DNA of 62,575 nucleotides, filler included. It is 23 parts of 23 records of this genome, joined end to end, with 100 filler letters (N's around TTAATTAATTAA, not from the genome) between each part and the next. Parts side by side here need not be neighbours in the genome. Positions count along the whole stretch, not along the records: positions 1 to 3,264 come from SRR36015645_237654; positions 3,365 to 6,370 come from SRR36015645_238461; positions 6,471 to 9,192 come from SRR36015645_243901; positions 9,293 to 11,571 come from SRR36015645_245890; positions 11,672 to 15,125 come from SRR36015645_246331; 18 more parts are not named here. One strand, given 5' to 3'. Positions 1 through 11,800 of this stretch are shown in pieces. Position 1 is the stretch's first letter. Each line of letters starts with the position of its first letter. Below the pieces are notes generated by a model. It did not search any database. It was not told where the DNA came from and saw only the letters and a list, made by a program, of their open reading frames with translations. A program made the position numbers and the translations under genes.

Positions 1-2
1 GT

Positions 3-3000
3 TACTCTTCGCACGTTGCCCCTTGCATCAGGATGGGCTGAAGTTACTATTGCTAAACGATAGTCACCCTTAGAAATCGTGCCTTTGTTTTGCACTAGAA
101 CAACATCACCCACCTGGAGATTTCTGTTTAGTACATGCCACTTCTGTCTAGTTACAAGGTTCGGATAGGATACTCGTTCCCATTCCTTCCAAAACTTGGC
201 CACAACGTTCTGTACGTGTTCGTATCGTCGTTTAGCACCCTTCGTGCATGTTGTTGGTCCAGGATCAATTTTCGATGTTGCACGTCCAAGCAGTAGTTTG
301 TTTGCGCAGATGTAGTCGATGTTTTGGTCATCAGTGACACGTGCCACAAGTGGGCGCTCATTAACAAGATTCGCTGCTTCATAGAGAACTGTTATCCATT
401 CCTGAAATGTGAATACTTCATCACGGACGGTAGCCTTCAATGCTTTCTTTACAAGTTTCACAGCAGCTTCTGCCGGTCCATTAGCATGGGGTGCGGCTGG
501 TGGATGGAATTTCCACTGAACGCCCAATGGTGCACATTTTCGCTCCAGTTCACTTAGATCCAATGACTTAACATACGCGATGAGCTCAGTTGCAGCACCT
601 TCCAACTGTGTTCCTCTGTCCGAATACATAGTTGATGGACTGCCACGAATAGCTTGGAATCTACGAAAGACCATCAAGAAGGCTTCGGTTCCATAATCAC
701 TAGCCAAATCCGCATGCACGGCCCGAGATGTGAGGCATGTAAATATAACTCCCCATGCCTTCATCATAATACGTTTGTTGACTTCACCTTTGACCTTGAC
801 AGGCCCGAAAAGGTCTACAGCTGCAAACTGGAATGGAGCAGATGGAGTTGCTCGCCAAGCTGGCAAATCTCCCATGACTTGTGACAGTGGTTTTGGTTTT
901 AACTTACGACAAGTGATGCAATGATATACTACACTCTTGGCAAGTTTGCGCCCGTTTATTATCCAGGTTATTCTTCTGGCCTTGGCCAATGTGCCATCTA
1001 CACCAAGGTGGCCTCTCCTATGGGCAAGGTCAATCACAAGCCTGGCCACATGACCAGGTTGCATTATGGGGACGCAGAATTTCATTAAGGCTGCATCGGA
1101 CGTTCCAAACCTTCCACTTGTCATCAATAGGCCAGTATCTGTATCTCGGTATGCAACGAGTGAGTCAGTCGATGACTGCGAAATATCCTCTTGCTGAGAC
1201 AGGAAAATGAGATTTCTAGCCTCTTCCAGATCCTTGACAGAGGGTACGAACCTCCGATTCCCATCGTCTCCAATTTTCAAGAAGTCGCAAGGTGCTTCCG
1301 TGTAATTCTTCACTGGCACTTTTCTTTGCAGTGATTTCACTCTCCACAAGCGTCCAATGAGGAGCACAGATGCAAGTGTACGTTGTAGTCTTTCAAAAGT
1401 GCTATACCTTGAAGGATCCAACGATTCAACCAGAGCTGTTGCACACGTCTGAGTTTTCTTCTTCATGTCTGTACTCCTTAATCCAATTTCATCGCCTCCC
1501 ACCATACCTTGACTTCGGGTTACAGCATTTGTCATTGCTTTCCGTTGCATGGATAGAATGGCTAACTGTCCCTCATTGGTTATGCTTCGAGTGATTGGCC
1601 AAGCGTCCTCGGTATCCGTTAACCAGGCTGGACCTGTGTTGAAAAATGAACCTACAGTAATATCATCTGGTTCAGCTCCGCGTGTGATTAGATCAGCTGG
1701 GTTCTCCTTTGATGGGACCCACGCCCACTGTTCTGGGCTTGACAAACTTTGGATTTCACCAACCCTGTTCGCAAAGAATGTCTGGTAGCCATAGCTGTCC
1801 TTTTTCACTGCTCCTAGGACTGTCATTGAATCAACAAAGTGATAAAACCGTTCATAAGGAATCTTTGTGTGATTCATGATAGTTTTCCTCATGCGAACCG
1901 CGAAAACAGCTCCACAAATTTCGGACTTCACCACGTCTCCTTTTACTACGAGTGGTGTTAGCTTGCCTTTGGCTTCAACAAACCTCACAATATAGTTGTC
2001 CTCTGTACCAACTCTCCAACGCACATATACCACGGCACCAAATGCCTTGTCGGATCCATCAGAGAACGTGATCATCACCGGATCAGTTAGACTAGCTAAC
2101 GGCTTTAAACTTCGAGGAAACTTGATATCGTTTAGCTCGACCAGAGCTTGGAGTACGTACAGCCACTTACTTCGCAGTTTGTCTGATATGCCACTATCCC
2201 AGTCCGTTGGCTTCCCATCGGCTTGTCTACTTAGCTGCCAGGTTTCTCTAAACAATATGGCGGCTGACATCTTTACCGGACATGAAAATCCAATCGGATC
2301 AAAGGCACTCGCAATCTGACTTAAAATCATGCGTTTTGTCAGTGGATTTGGAGTTTGTTCCATGACATCATCAACGCTTAAGTTGCAACCTAGCTTCACC
2401 TTGTTAGCTTTGTCACTGAAGTTGACCATCGAACGTATGTACAGTTTGTCAGCTTCTGTATCATAACCAAGTCCCAATGCTCTGGATTCATCATCTCCAA
2501 TGGCATTGCGTAGCTTTATAGATGCAGATTTTAAGCTTGCTGGCTCCCCTGATGATAGCCAACTCTTCATGGTGAACCCGCCACTTTCCAAGATTTCGAC
2601 AACTTCCTTTTGCAACTTGGCTATTTCCTCCTTGCTATCTCTACTATCCAAGAGATCATCTACGTACATACTACGTTGAATAGATTCGATACTTTCCCCA
2701 TAAGATGCAAACTGTGGCAACTCAGAGGTCTTCTTAACACATGTCATGGCTATGGATGGCGCTGGTTTATCCCCAATGTTTACTCGTAGAATACAGTATG
2801 TTTCTAAATCGTCCGTAGGATTGTCCCGCCAGAGAAATCGTCGCATATGGATTTCCTCGTCGACAAGATGGACTGAATTGAACATCTTTTTGATGTCTCC
2901 AACTGTTGCATCGACGCCTTCACGAAATCGCAACAGAACTGTAGGCAAGGGGTTTAGCACATCGGGCCCCTTCATCAGGACTGCATTTAAAGAAACACCT

Positions 3001-3263
3001 TTACAAACTTGGCTGCTATTCCACACGAGACGAGCAGGAGTGGTCTTGCTGTTTGGATTTGGAGCAATTTGGTGAGACACATACCAACTTGGGCCATTCC
3101 AACTTTCCAGCTCCTTTTTAGTTAGCTTTCGTGCTGCACCACGTTGAACCATTTCATGTACTTGATCCCTGTAGATTTGCTTCCACTCAGGGTTTTTCTC
3201 CAATCGACGCTCTGTTGAAAGGAATACAGCCTTCACAGCACCATAATTGTTGGGAAGCAGCTG
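3..3263 (-). mobile_element. pol: Bel/Pao LTR retrotransposon pol (RT, RNase H/Peptidase_A17, integrase), partial, open at both ends
   Basis: Minus frame spot-translated by hand: QLLPNNYGAVKAVFLSTERRL at the start, SMYVDDL (~2657-2672), ITFSDGSDKAFGAVVYVRW (~2020-2075), WKFHPPAAPHANGPAEAAVK (~455-515), GNVRRV at the end. Both ends are in the same frame. Missing from the ORF track, probably because the frame has no stop inside the fragment. Confidence 0.92.
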
Positions 3264-3264
3264 A

Positions 3265-3364
3265 NNNNNNNNNNNNNNNNNNNNNNNNNNNNNNNNNNNN
3301 NNNNNNNNTTAATTAATTAANNNNNNNNNNNNNNNNNNNNNNNNNNNNNNNNNNNNNNNNNNNN
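3265..3364. other. Artificial contig spacer (44 N + TTAATTAATTAA + 44 N), first of 22
   Basis: The same 100-bp block starts at 3265, 6371, 9193, 11572, 15126, 17361, 19755, 21882, 24007, 27170, 29312, 32230, 35034, 37484, 40043, 43913, 47194, 49546, 52216, 54438, 56974 and 59472. TTAATTAATTAA puts stops in all six frames. Confidence 0.98.
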
Positions 3365-5813
3365 CCTTCGGTATACCTTCCTTGTTGTCCTTCATCTTCT
3401 CTTCCAGTGACGGTATATCACTTCCTTTTTGCCCATTCACAAACTCTTTGCCATCTTTCAACAACCTACTTGTTGCTACTCTCACATAGACACCCCCGTG
3501 TCTTACAAAAACCACTTGTCCATCTTGAAAGATGACCTTGCCTGGCCCTAGCCATTTTTTGCTACCATCCCTTTTGTAATAAACCACATCGCCATGGTCA
3601 AATCGCTCTTCCACAGACCGAATTTTATGGCGCAGAGCTCGCCTGATACGTTCGTCGGCTTCACACTGAATGAATGCACGTCTTGCTGAATGCAAGGCAT
3701 TCAAGTGTTCGTACAATACATCACTTGTAGTTGTTCCTTGAAGCCCTGGCACTTTTTCTGACATGATGTTAGGTAGGTTGGGGTTTTGGCCTAAGACCAA
3801 CTGGTAGCTGCTGAAGCCATTCCACATTTGTAACGAGTTTTTAGCAACATTAGCCCAAATTAGTAAAATGGTACTGTCGGCATCGGGATTTTCATCCTCA
3901 AGAATCTCCAGCATCCTATCTGTGATTTGGTGATTTCGTTCACAGAGGCCGTTGCTCCATGGACTTTCGGCAGGTGTTGTCCACACTTCGATGTTTAGAA
4001 TGCTAGCCACTTCCCGGATTTCGTCATTGCTAAACTCGCCTCCATTGTCTACAAAGAGAACCTTCATAATACCCCATCCTGCACCAATCCAGTGCGTCAT
4101 AATCTTCTCCAGTACTTCACGGGGATACTTGCGCTGAATAAAAGCTGATATGCTCATGCGTGAAAACATATCTATCATGTGCAATATAAACTCACCTTTG
4201 CGTACCTTTAGGTCCATAGCAACTTTTTCATTGAAACTGTGTGCCAGTGGCATACTCACAACTGACCGTGGTGGAGTGGGTGAATACAGCTTGCATAGTT
4301 CACATGTTTTGTACAGCTCATCTAGTTCTTCTTTATAGCTTTCATCCCAAGTACCAGCGTCTTTCAGCAAATTTTCGAGTCTACGCATGCTAGGATGTGC
4401 GAATTGACGATGTAGTTTCTTGAATACTTTGCACCTTTCGGACTTGGTAATCTCATCTAATTTTACTTGGCATACTTCTTCTACCGATACCTCATTTTCT
4501 CCCTCAAGTGGTATGCAATAATGACCACTGGACGTGAAATTCAAGGGGACAGTGACTCCAAAAATTTCGGCCGTATCGGTTTCCAAGTCCAATTTCACTT
4601 TCGCTTCCTTCAGCGACTTCAGACTTAGTAACATGGGTATGTTGGAGTCAACTACGTCAACGGAAATAACGACATTCTTGTTGGCCAATATACACGGTAA
4701 TTCATACTGGCTTATGGACTTCAATGTTTCTCCCCCGCCAAACTTGAACACTTTTGTTCCCACCGACTTTTTAATTTGCTTTGCCTTTTCTTCTGGCATA
4801 GACTCAAGAAATAGCTGCAACCACTGCTTGCCACAAACAGTGGATGTGCAAGCAGTGTCCAGCACAGCGCAATTCTTTGCTTGTCCTCCCAATTTTTCAA
4901 TCTCTTTTTTGTTATAACCGGTGTACAGAATCACTTTTTCTTCTGTTATGTTCGCTTTTTGTTTTTTCATGTTTTCATACGAATGTGGGCAGTTTGCCAC
5001 CAAATGCCGAAATGAGCCACATCCATGACAATTTAATGGTTTTCCATTAGATCCCTTAGGGTTGATCGGTCTTATAGAATCCTCATTTTTTGAGGGTTCT
5101 CTTGGTGTAAACGCCCTTCCTTTACCCCCATATCTGTTAGGGCCCGTATAACCGGATTTCTGCTTATAATAGCCTGCGGCTGCTAATGCTTCTTCATTTT
5201 CTGCCAGAAATGCCGGCTCCAGCTTTATGGCTGTGCCCCCACTAGTAGAGGTTCCTTCCCCCACTTGCACAATGTCACCCTTAAATTTCTTAAGTGACTT
5301 TTTTGCCTGATCAAAAAGAGTGGTTTTTTGTGCAAAGTCTACACCCGAAAGTACTAGCATTTTTTCTTGCTTCGAAATATTGGCACTGCTTAGTAATTCA
5401 AAACACAAAATTTCTTGTGGCAACTTGATATTCTTTTTTAGAATTCTGTTATACTTTTGCTCGAATTCATGAATGAAAGTATTTATGTTCTGATCACTAG
5501 TACGTTTACAGTTTTTAAATTCCTCAAATTTTTCTAGACTGTCTTCTAAGTCATCTTTGCCCAGTTTTTGTTCCATAAAGTCAAGGAGAGTTTTTAGTCC
5601 CTCAGCTGTTTTCAAATTCACAATATCGATTTCTTCCATAACTTGTTCACGTATACCGCTCGCGTCGTTTTCTGGCAGGGATAACGCTAGTGCCATGCCT
5701 CTTTTTTCTGCCTTCACGTCTGTGACTTCAGTCCACATGTTGACCTCCACTTTCCACCGTTCAAAACTCTTGTCTTTGCTGTTGAATACAGGGGGGTTAA
5801 GTTTCATCGACAT
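3365..5813 (-). CDS. gag-pol: Ty1/Copia (GalEa-like) gag-pol, 3' truncated: Gag, CCHC knuckle, protease, integrase
   Basis: Knuckle CHGCGSFRHLVANC; protease VLDTAC; HRQFAH...CELC; integrase MDL...VDNGGEF...SNGLCERNH. Integrase follows protease directly, which is the Copia order. First ATG at 5813. Confidence 0.9.
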
Positions 5814-5841
5814 TGTTGACGCTGTTGTTTTTGACAACTTC

Positions 5842-6052
5842 GAACGCTCAATGAATATACACTAAATTTACGCAAATCACAAATGCTATATGATAAGCAC
5901 CATCACTAAGAATGCATGACAACACCTGTCATGACTAAACTGAAGCCGCAACTCTGAACGCTTGATGAACACTAAATATATGCTAATCACAAAAGCTATG
6001 ATAAGCACCAACGCTATACATGACGACTATTGTCATAACACTAAATTCACAA
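5842..6052. repeat. Imperfect ~114-bp tandem duplication in the Copia 5' leader
   Basis: GAACGCT..ATGAA..ACACTAAAT..AATCACAAA.GCTAT..GATAAGCACCA..CATGAC.AC...TGTCAT..ACTAAA occurs at 5842 and again at 5956. Confidence 0.75.
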
Positions 6053-6129
6053 ATACGGCTCAGAATGTACGCTATTCCTTCACACTCAACGCTATAATGT
6101 TTCGCCCGTAGGTGGTGGATCGACGTTCC

Positions 6130-6140
6130 TGATGCTACCA
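6130..6140 (-). promoter_or_regulatory. Primer-binding site (initiator tRNA-Met type)
   Basis: Minus strand reads ...CAACA g TGGTAGCATCA. TGGTAGCA is complementary to the 3' end of tRNAiMet and starts 1 nt after the LTR end. Confidence 0.8.
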
Positions 6141-6141
6141 C

Positions 6142-6335
6142 TGTTGAAGTCGAACATAATCCATATTGAACATAATCCTTTATTAGATATAATCCAACCC
6201 CCCTGCATGTGTTTCCCGATGTTATTGTTCGGTGATGCGCAGATCACTCATCTATAACAAAAGATAATAAGTTGTAAAACAATAATAAAGTTGAACAGGG
6301 GGAGTACACAATATGAAATAGAAGTAAAATCAACA
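6142..6335 (-). repeat. 5' LTR (194 bp) of the Copia element
   Basis: Minus strand begins TGTTG (6335) and ends CAACA (6142), i.e. inverted termini. AATAAA at 6184-6179. PBS follows immediately. Confidence 0.8.
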
Positions 6336-6470
6336 TTAACTAAAATCTCTTCTGTTTTGGTTTTCCTACTNNNNNNNNNNNNNNNNNNNNNNNNNNNNNN
6401 NNNNNNNNNNNNNNTTAATTAATTAANNNNNNNNNNNNNNNNNNNNNNNNNNNNNNNNNNNNNNNNNNNN

Positions 6471-9192
6471 CGGATTCCACCTCATCTACTGAATGAAGTG
6501 CGGGACCATATAAAGGTAATGTTGGACCAAGGAATTATTAGAAAAAGCGTAAGTCCTTTTGCCAGTCCTGTTATTTTGTTGCGGAAAAAAGATGGGCGAT
6601 TGAGATTGGTTATTGATTTTCGTGCTGTAAATAGTCGGACTGTGAAATGTGCTTACCCTTTGGCACGTATAACCGAGTGTCTAGATAGCTTATTGGGCGC
6701 GTGTTACTTTGCTGTGATGGACCTCTCCCATGGCTATTATCAGGTAATAATGGATCCGGAGTCCATTCCAAAAACTGCCTTCAGATTGCCGATGGGTTTG
6801 TACGAACATGTCAGAATGGGGTTCGGATTAACTGGGGCTCCACAGACTTTTTCAAGGGTAATGGAAAATTGCTTAGGTGATTTACATATGCAGGGAATCA
6901 TCATATATTTAGACGATATTTTGACCTACAGTAAATCCCTGGAATCACATATTGGCATGCTAGATACAGTTTTTACACGCCTAGGTAACTACGGCCTAAA
7001 AGTCAAGGGCTCCAAATGTAAGTTTTTCCAACAATCTGTCACTTTTCTTGGTCACGAGGTAAGTGGCGAAGGTATAAGGTTGAGTGATGACAAAATTAAG
7101 CAGGTTGTGGACTGGCCTGTGCCTAAAACTGCCCGTGAGCTGCAATCTTTTCTGGGTCTGGCTTCTTACTGTAGACGTCATGTGAAACAGTTTGCACACA
7201 TGGTCAAACCTCTGACTGAATTATTGCCACCGTGTCGGAGGAAAGGTAAGAAAAGTGTGAAAGTGACCAGAAAATTTGCATGGAATGAGGAGGCACAGAC
7301 TGCCTTTGATGCTGTGAAGAAAGCTCTTAGTAGTGCACCGGTGTTGAAATATCCTGATTTAGCTAAGCCATTTATATTGGAAATAGATGGTTCTTTGCAA
7401 GGGTTAGGGGCATGCCTGTTGCAGGAGGATGCTGATAAAGTGGTTCATCCTGTAGCCTACGGGAGTCGCACTTTAAGAGGAGCGGAACGTAAGTATCCAG
7501 ACTACAGTTCCTTTAAAATCGAGTTGCTTGCATTGAAATGGGCGGTGACTGACAAATTCAGAGATTATCTCCTTGGGACAACTTTTACTGTATACACCGA
7601 TAATAACCCCCTGGTGTACATTAAGACAGCAAAGTTAGGTGCCTGTGAAATGCGTTGGGTTGCTCAATTGGCTAATTTTGACTTTGACCTTAAATATTTG
7701 CCTGGAATCAGGAACAGGGGGGCAGATGCACTTTCGAGACGTCCCTCAAGCAGTAATGATGAACCTGATGTTGCGGGTAAGGATGACGTGCAGACTCTTG
7801 GAACGTTGGAGGAAGTTCGACACTGTTTTCAAGTAAGTACGGAATCTACGTTGATTCCAAAAGTACCATTGGAGCCCGAGACAGTAGAAGACACTGAGTC
7901 TCAGGTAAGTATGTTGCCATCCTGGTCATCGGATGAATTGACAGAAATGCAGAAAAGAGATGCCACTGTAGGTAAGGTTTATAGGGCTATAGAACGTAAG
8001 GAAAAACTAAGCTTTGTTGAGCCGCGTACAGAGTTAGCTAAATTAATGAAGCATTGGGATAGACTAATTATAGTGGACGGATTATTGTGTAAACAAGTAA
8101 CAGGTAAATTTGGCGATAATTTACATCAAGTCATTATACCACAAGCTTTTAGACGCACAATCTTGCAAGAAATGCATGACAATTGGGGGCATCAGGGGCA
8201 AAAACGCACATACGAGTTATTAGTTCAGCGGTGTTACTGGCCCAGGATGCAACAGGATGTGAGTAGCTATATCGATAGTTGTTATTTATGTAAGTTAAGT
8301 AAGGCTCCTAATTTGACTGTACGAACGCCAATGAGACACTTAACAGCGACTAGGCCTTTAGAGTTAGTGTGTACAGATTTTCTGAAACTCGACAAAGGTA
8401 GGGGAGGTTATGAAGATGTTCTGATCGTTACTGATGTATATTCCAAGTTTTCACAGGCTTACTCATGCAGAGATCAAACGGCAATAACGGTTGCTAAATG
8501 TCTGAGGGATAATTTCATTGCCAAGTTTGGAATACCACTCAGATTACACTCCGATCAGGGAAGATGTTTTGAAAGTAAAGTGGTGAAAGAACTGTGTGCA
8601 TTATATGGAATTCAGAAAAGCCACACTACACCCTACCATCCACAAGGTAATTCGCAAAGTGAACGATTTAATAGAACACTAATTGGTCTGATTAAATCAA
8701 TGTACGAAGCAGAACGTAAGTACTGGCCGGAATTATTAGCACATTTAGTCTTCGTGTATAATACGACACCGCAAAGGTCAACTGGGGTCAGTCCGTATCT
8801 GTTGATGTTTGGTCGTCAGCCAGTGTTACCGGTAGATTTTCTCTTAGGTAAGACCAATTCTTTTGGGAGTGAGTTCGTGCAACAGAATGCATCCTTACTG
8901 GGCAAAGCTACTAGGTACGTAAAGCGCAATCAAGAAAAGTCAAATGATCGAAATAAGCAGAAACATGATAGGAAAGTCACAAGGTTTGACATAGAGGTAG
9001 GTATGCCAGTTCTGGTGAAAAGGGTTGCCTTTACAGGGAGGCATAAATTGATGGATTCGTATGTAGATCAGGGATTTACAGTTACCTGGGTGAATGATGC
9101 TAATGACGTGGTAAGTGTAAGACCTATATCTGGTGGGAAGGAACGAGTTGTTCACAAGAGTTTATTACGTAAGTTGCCTCCAGCATGGGAAG
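6471..9192 (+). mobile_element. pol: Ty3/Gypsy pol (RT, RNase H, integrase), partial
   Basis: SPFASP, IDFRAVN, YLDD; RNase H EIDGS...YTDNNPL...ADALSR; HDNWGHQG...CYLC; integrase CTDF...HSDQGRCFES...SERFNRTL. Frame is open from 6471. Confidence 0.95.
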
Positions 9193-9292
9193 NNNNNNNN
9201 NNNNNNNNNNNNNNNNNNNNNNNNNNNNNNNNNNNNTTAATTAATTAANNNNNNNNNNNNNNNNNNNNNNNNNNNNNNNNNNNNNNNNNNNN

Positions 9293-10814
9293 TGTCAAAA
9301 TTTGTTGTGCTATTTGAGTTACTTTGTGGATTTGCTAGTTGGTGATAATGCTGTGTTAACACGTTTGGTTCTAAATTTAAAACTGACTTTGAAGATACAT
9401 GTACATGGTTACTGTCGGCTTTTTTAAGTAAAGCCCATACTTTTACAGAATTGTTGGCAACCTCTTTTCTCAAAATTCCTCTTTGTTTGGCTTTAAAGGT
9501 GCGTTTTTTCTTTTTAATAAATCTGTTATACTCTTTCTTGCGCTCGAAATACTCGTTTCTTAACTGAGAGTTGTTAATGCACGTTTTAAAATTTCTTAGC
9601 GATTTATTTAGTTTACGTTTCATGTCTCTACATTCAGAGTCAAACCACTCAGAGGTGTTTTTAACATGTGTAGTAGATTTGCATATATGAACTGGTTTCA
9701 TGCCTGCGGCATTTGCAGCTATAGTAATTGCATTGGTATATTCGGACACGTTTAAGTTTACATCGGTGCTAGAGTTTAGTGAGTTATTTAGCATATTTTG
9801 AACAAGATCTGACCTTAACATTTCGCAGTACGGTATTTTACAATCATTACTCCATAATAATTTTTTAGCTGTCTTATGAAAGTTATACGTTTTTGAATCA
9901 CTTTGGACATTGTACGGTGCGTTATGTTTATTACAAGTTAGAGTGCATATTAAAGCAGCATGATCTGAAAATAATGTAAGTGGACAAACTTCAAAATTAG
10001 AACAATATTTAAATAATTCCTGTGACAATATCATGTAGTCAACAACGCTATTGCCATTTGGTTGGAAACATGTGTACATACCCATATTGGTTACACTACC
10101 AATTCTACCATTGATTATACGACAATTTGTTTCCTGGCATAATTCTAGTAACAGTTTACCAAAACAATTAGTAGCTTTACTGTCACAGTTCACACGCTTT
10201 GGTAAATTTAAATCAAATTCGTACATATCCGGTACAGGTACAAAATTGTCTAAATCATATTTTATGTAGTCAAGTTGCACATTTGTTCTAGCATTAAAAT
10301 CTGATGCAATTAATACCGGGCCTTCTGTTATAAACTTCTGAATATCAGTTTTTAATAAACTCAACGTTTCTTTGCCCTTTTCGCTAGGTGATACATAGGC
10401 AAAACAACAATAAAGAGCTGAACTAAGCAGTGGCGGTGAAATTTTTAGCCAGACAATATCCGGAGTAGATTCTTGAATAACAGTAACAAACTTTGAAACA
10501 GACTTATGAATGCACACAGTGATGCCACCTGAATTTCGCTTTGCCTTTTTAGATTTTACCCTGTGTGTGTTATACAAGATAAAATTCTCAACACATAGAT
10601 TCACGTTTTTCGGTAGCCACGTTTCACACAGTCCAAAAATTTTGCACTTGCTAATAATATCAAGGAAGTTTTTCTCTCGGAACTTTTCGCCATTTTCTCC
10701 GTAACCGTGAATATTCCAAAATCCAATGTTTATGAATGCACAGTCGTCGTCGTTCGTGGGTCGCGGGTCACCGTCATCAAAGTCGTCTAGGTGCTGATGG
10801 CCACGGCCGTCATC
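9293..10814 (-). CDS. ORF2: LINE ORF2 (APE endonuclease and linker), RTE-X-like, 3' truncated; in frame with ORF1
   Basis: IGFWNIHG, GLCETW, RNSGGI, SDFNART, SVVDY, SDH. The frame is open right up to the ORF1 stop at 10815-10817. Clade call is tentative. Confidence 0.88.
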
Positions 10815-11570
10815 CTATCGCCGACGTGGTGGATCCGTCGGGGTTGGACTGGTAGGTGGGTGTACCTCGTTACCATCAACAAACAAACGACAGCCTCTGA
10901 GAGTCACTTTCTTTCTCTGGTCATGTGGTTTGTCTCTATTTTCCTCCCGAAAGCGTTTGAACAAAGGCAGCACCAAACTACGAGTGTTTTGTTGTTGTCT
11001 GGTTAGGTCCTCCTGAACATATACGTTAGTGCCCTTGAGTTTGCTACCACTTTTCAACACATTCTGCGCTGATTTCCAGTTCTGAAATTTCGCAATGACA
11101 GGCCTAGGCTTGCCACGTTTGGGCCCTAGCCGGTGTGCGCGCTCGATGGTGGTTTCGTCACACGTCTGGCCTAGTTTGTCACGCATTAGGCCTAGTACAG
11201 CCTTCTCTGGACCTTCGTACGTAGACTCATCTGACGGTTCCGGTAAGTTGTAAAACACGACATTGCTTCGCCTGCCACGCCTCTCCTGATCCTCCAGCCT
11301 GTCCTCAAGCGCCCGAAAACGTCCGTTAGCCTTCTCCAGCGATGTAGTGGCTTCTGCAAGGCTAGCTTGCAGGGTACGGTTATCCTTTTTCAGCTCGTCG
11401 ATGTCAGTTTGAGAAAACTGCAAGGAATCAGTCACATTGTTGATTTTCACATCAATACAGTGCACAGTATTTTCAATTTTATCAAAACGTTCGACTAAAT
11501 CAGAATGTTCCACAGAGAAAGTATCCAGTTTGTTTTTCATATCAGTTAGTGTTTCTCTCACAAAGCGTTC
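10815..11570 (-). CDS. ORF1: LINE ORF1, L1/Transposase_22-like (coiled coil, RRM, CTD), 5' truncated
   Basis: Heptad region, then RRSNVVFYNLPE, IERAHRLG, PRPVIAKF, VYVQEDLT. Confidence 0.88.
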   Translation of the reverse strand, partial: ERFVRETLTDMKNKLDTFSVEHSDLVERFDKIENTVHCIDVKINNVTDSLQFSQTDIDELKKDNRTLQASLAEATTSLEKANGRFRALEDRLEDQERRGRRSNVVFYNLPEPSDESTYEGPEKAVLGLMRDKLGQTCDETTIERAHRLGPKRGKPRPVIAKFQNWKSAQNVLKSGSKLKGTNVYVQEDLTRQQQNTRSLVLPLFKRFREENRDKPHDQRKKVTLRGCRLFVDGNEVHPPTSPTPTDPPRRR

Positions 11571-11800
11571 ANNNNNNNNNNNNNNNNNNNNNNNNNNNNN
11601 NNNNNNNNNNNNNNNTTAATTAATTAANNNNNNNNNNNNNNNNNNNNNNNNNNNNNNNNNNNNNNNNNNNNCAAAAATTAACGGTTCACGGGGAAATCTA
11701 TACTGTCGTCATATTAATACAACTTTGTTGGCTCAATATTAAGTACAGATTCAGCAAGATACATTTATATCATATGCCTGCATTACCCTGCATTTTGTTA

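Noticed and set aside
152-3316. Short plus-strand ORFs in the first fragment, and similar 60-260 aa ORFs throughout
   Set aside because: Antisense or alternate-frame shadows of long TE ORFs, with no recognisable motifs.
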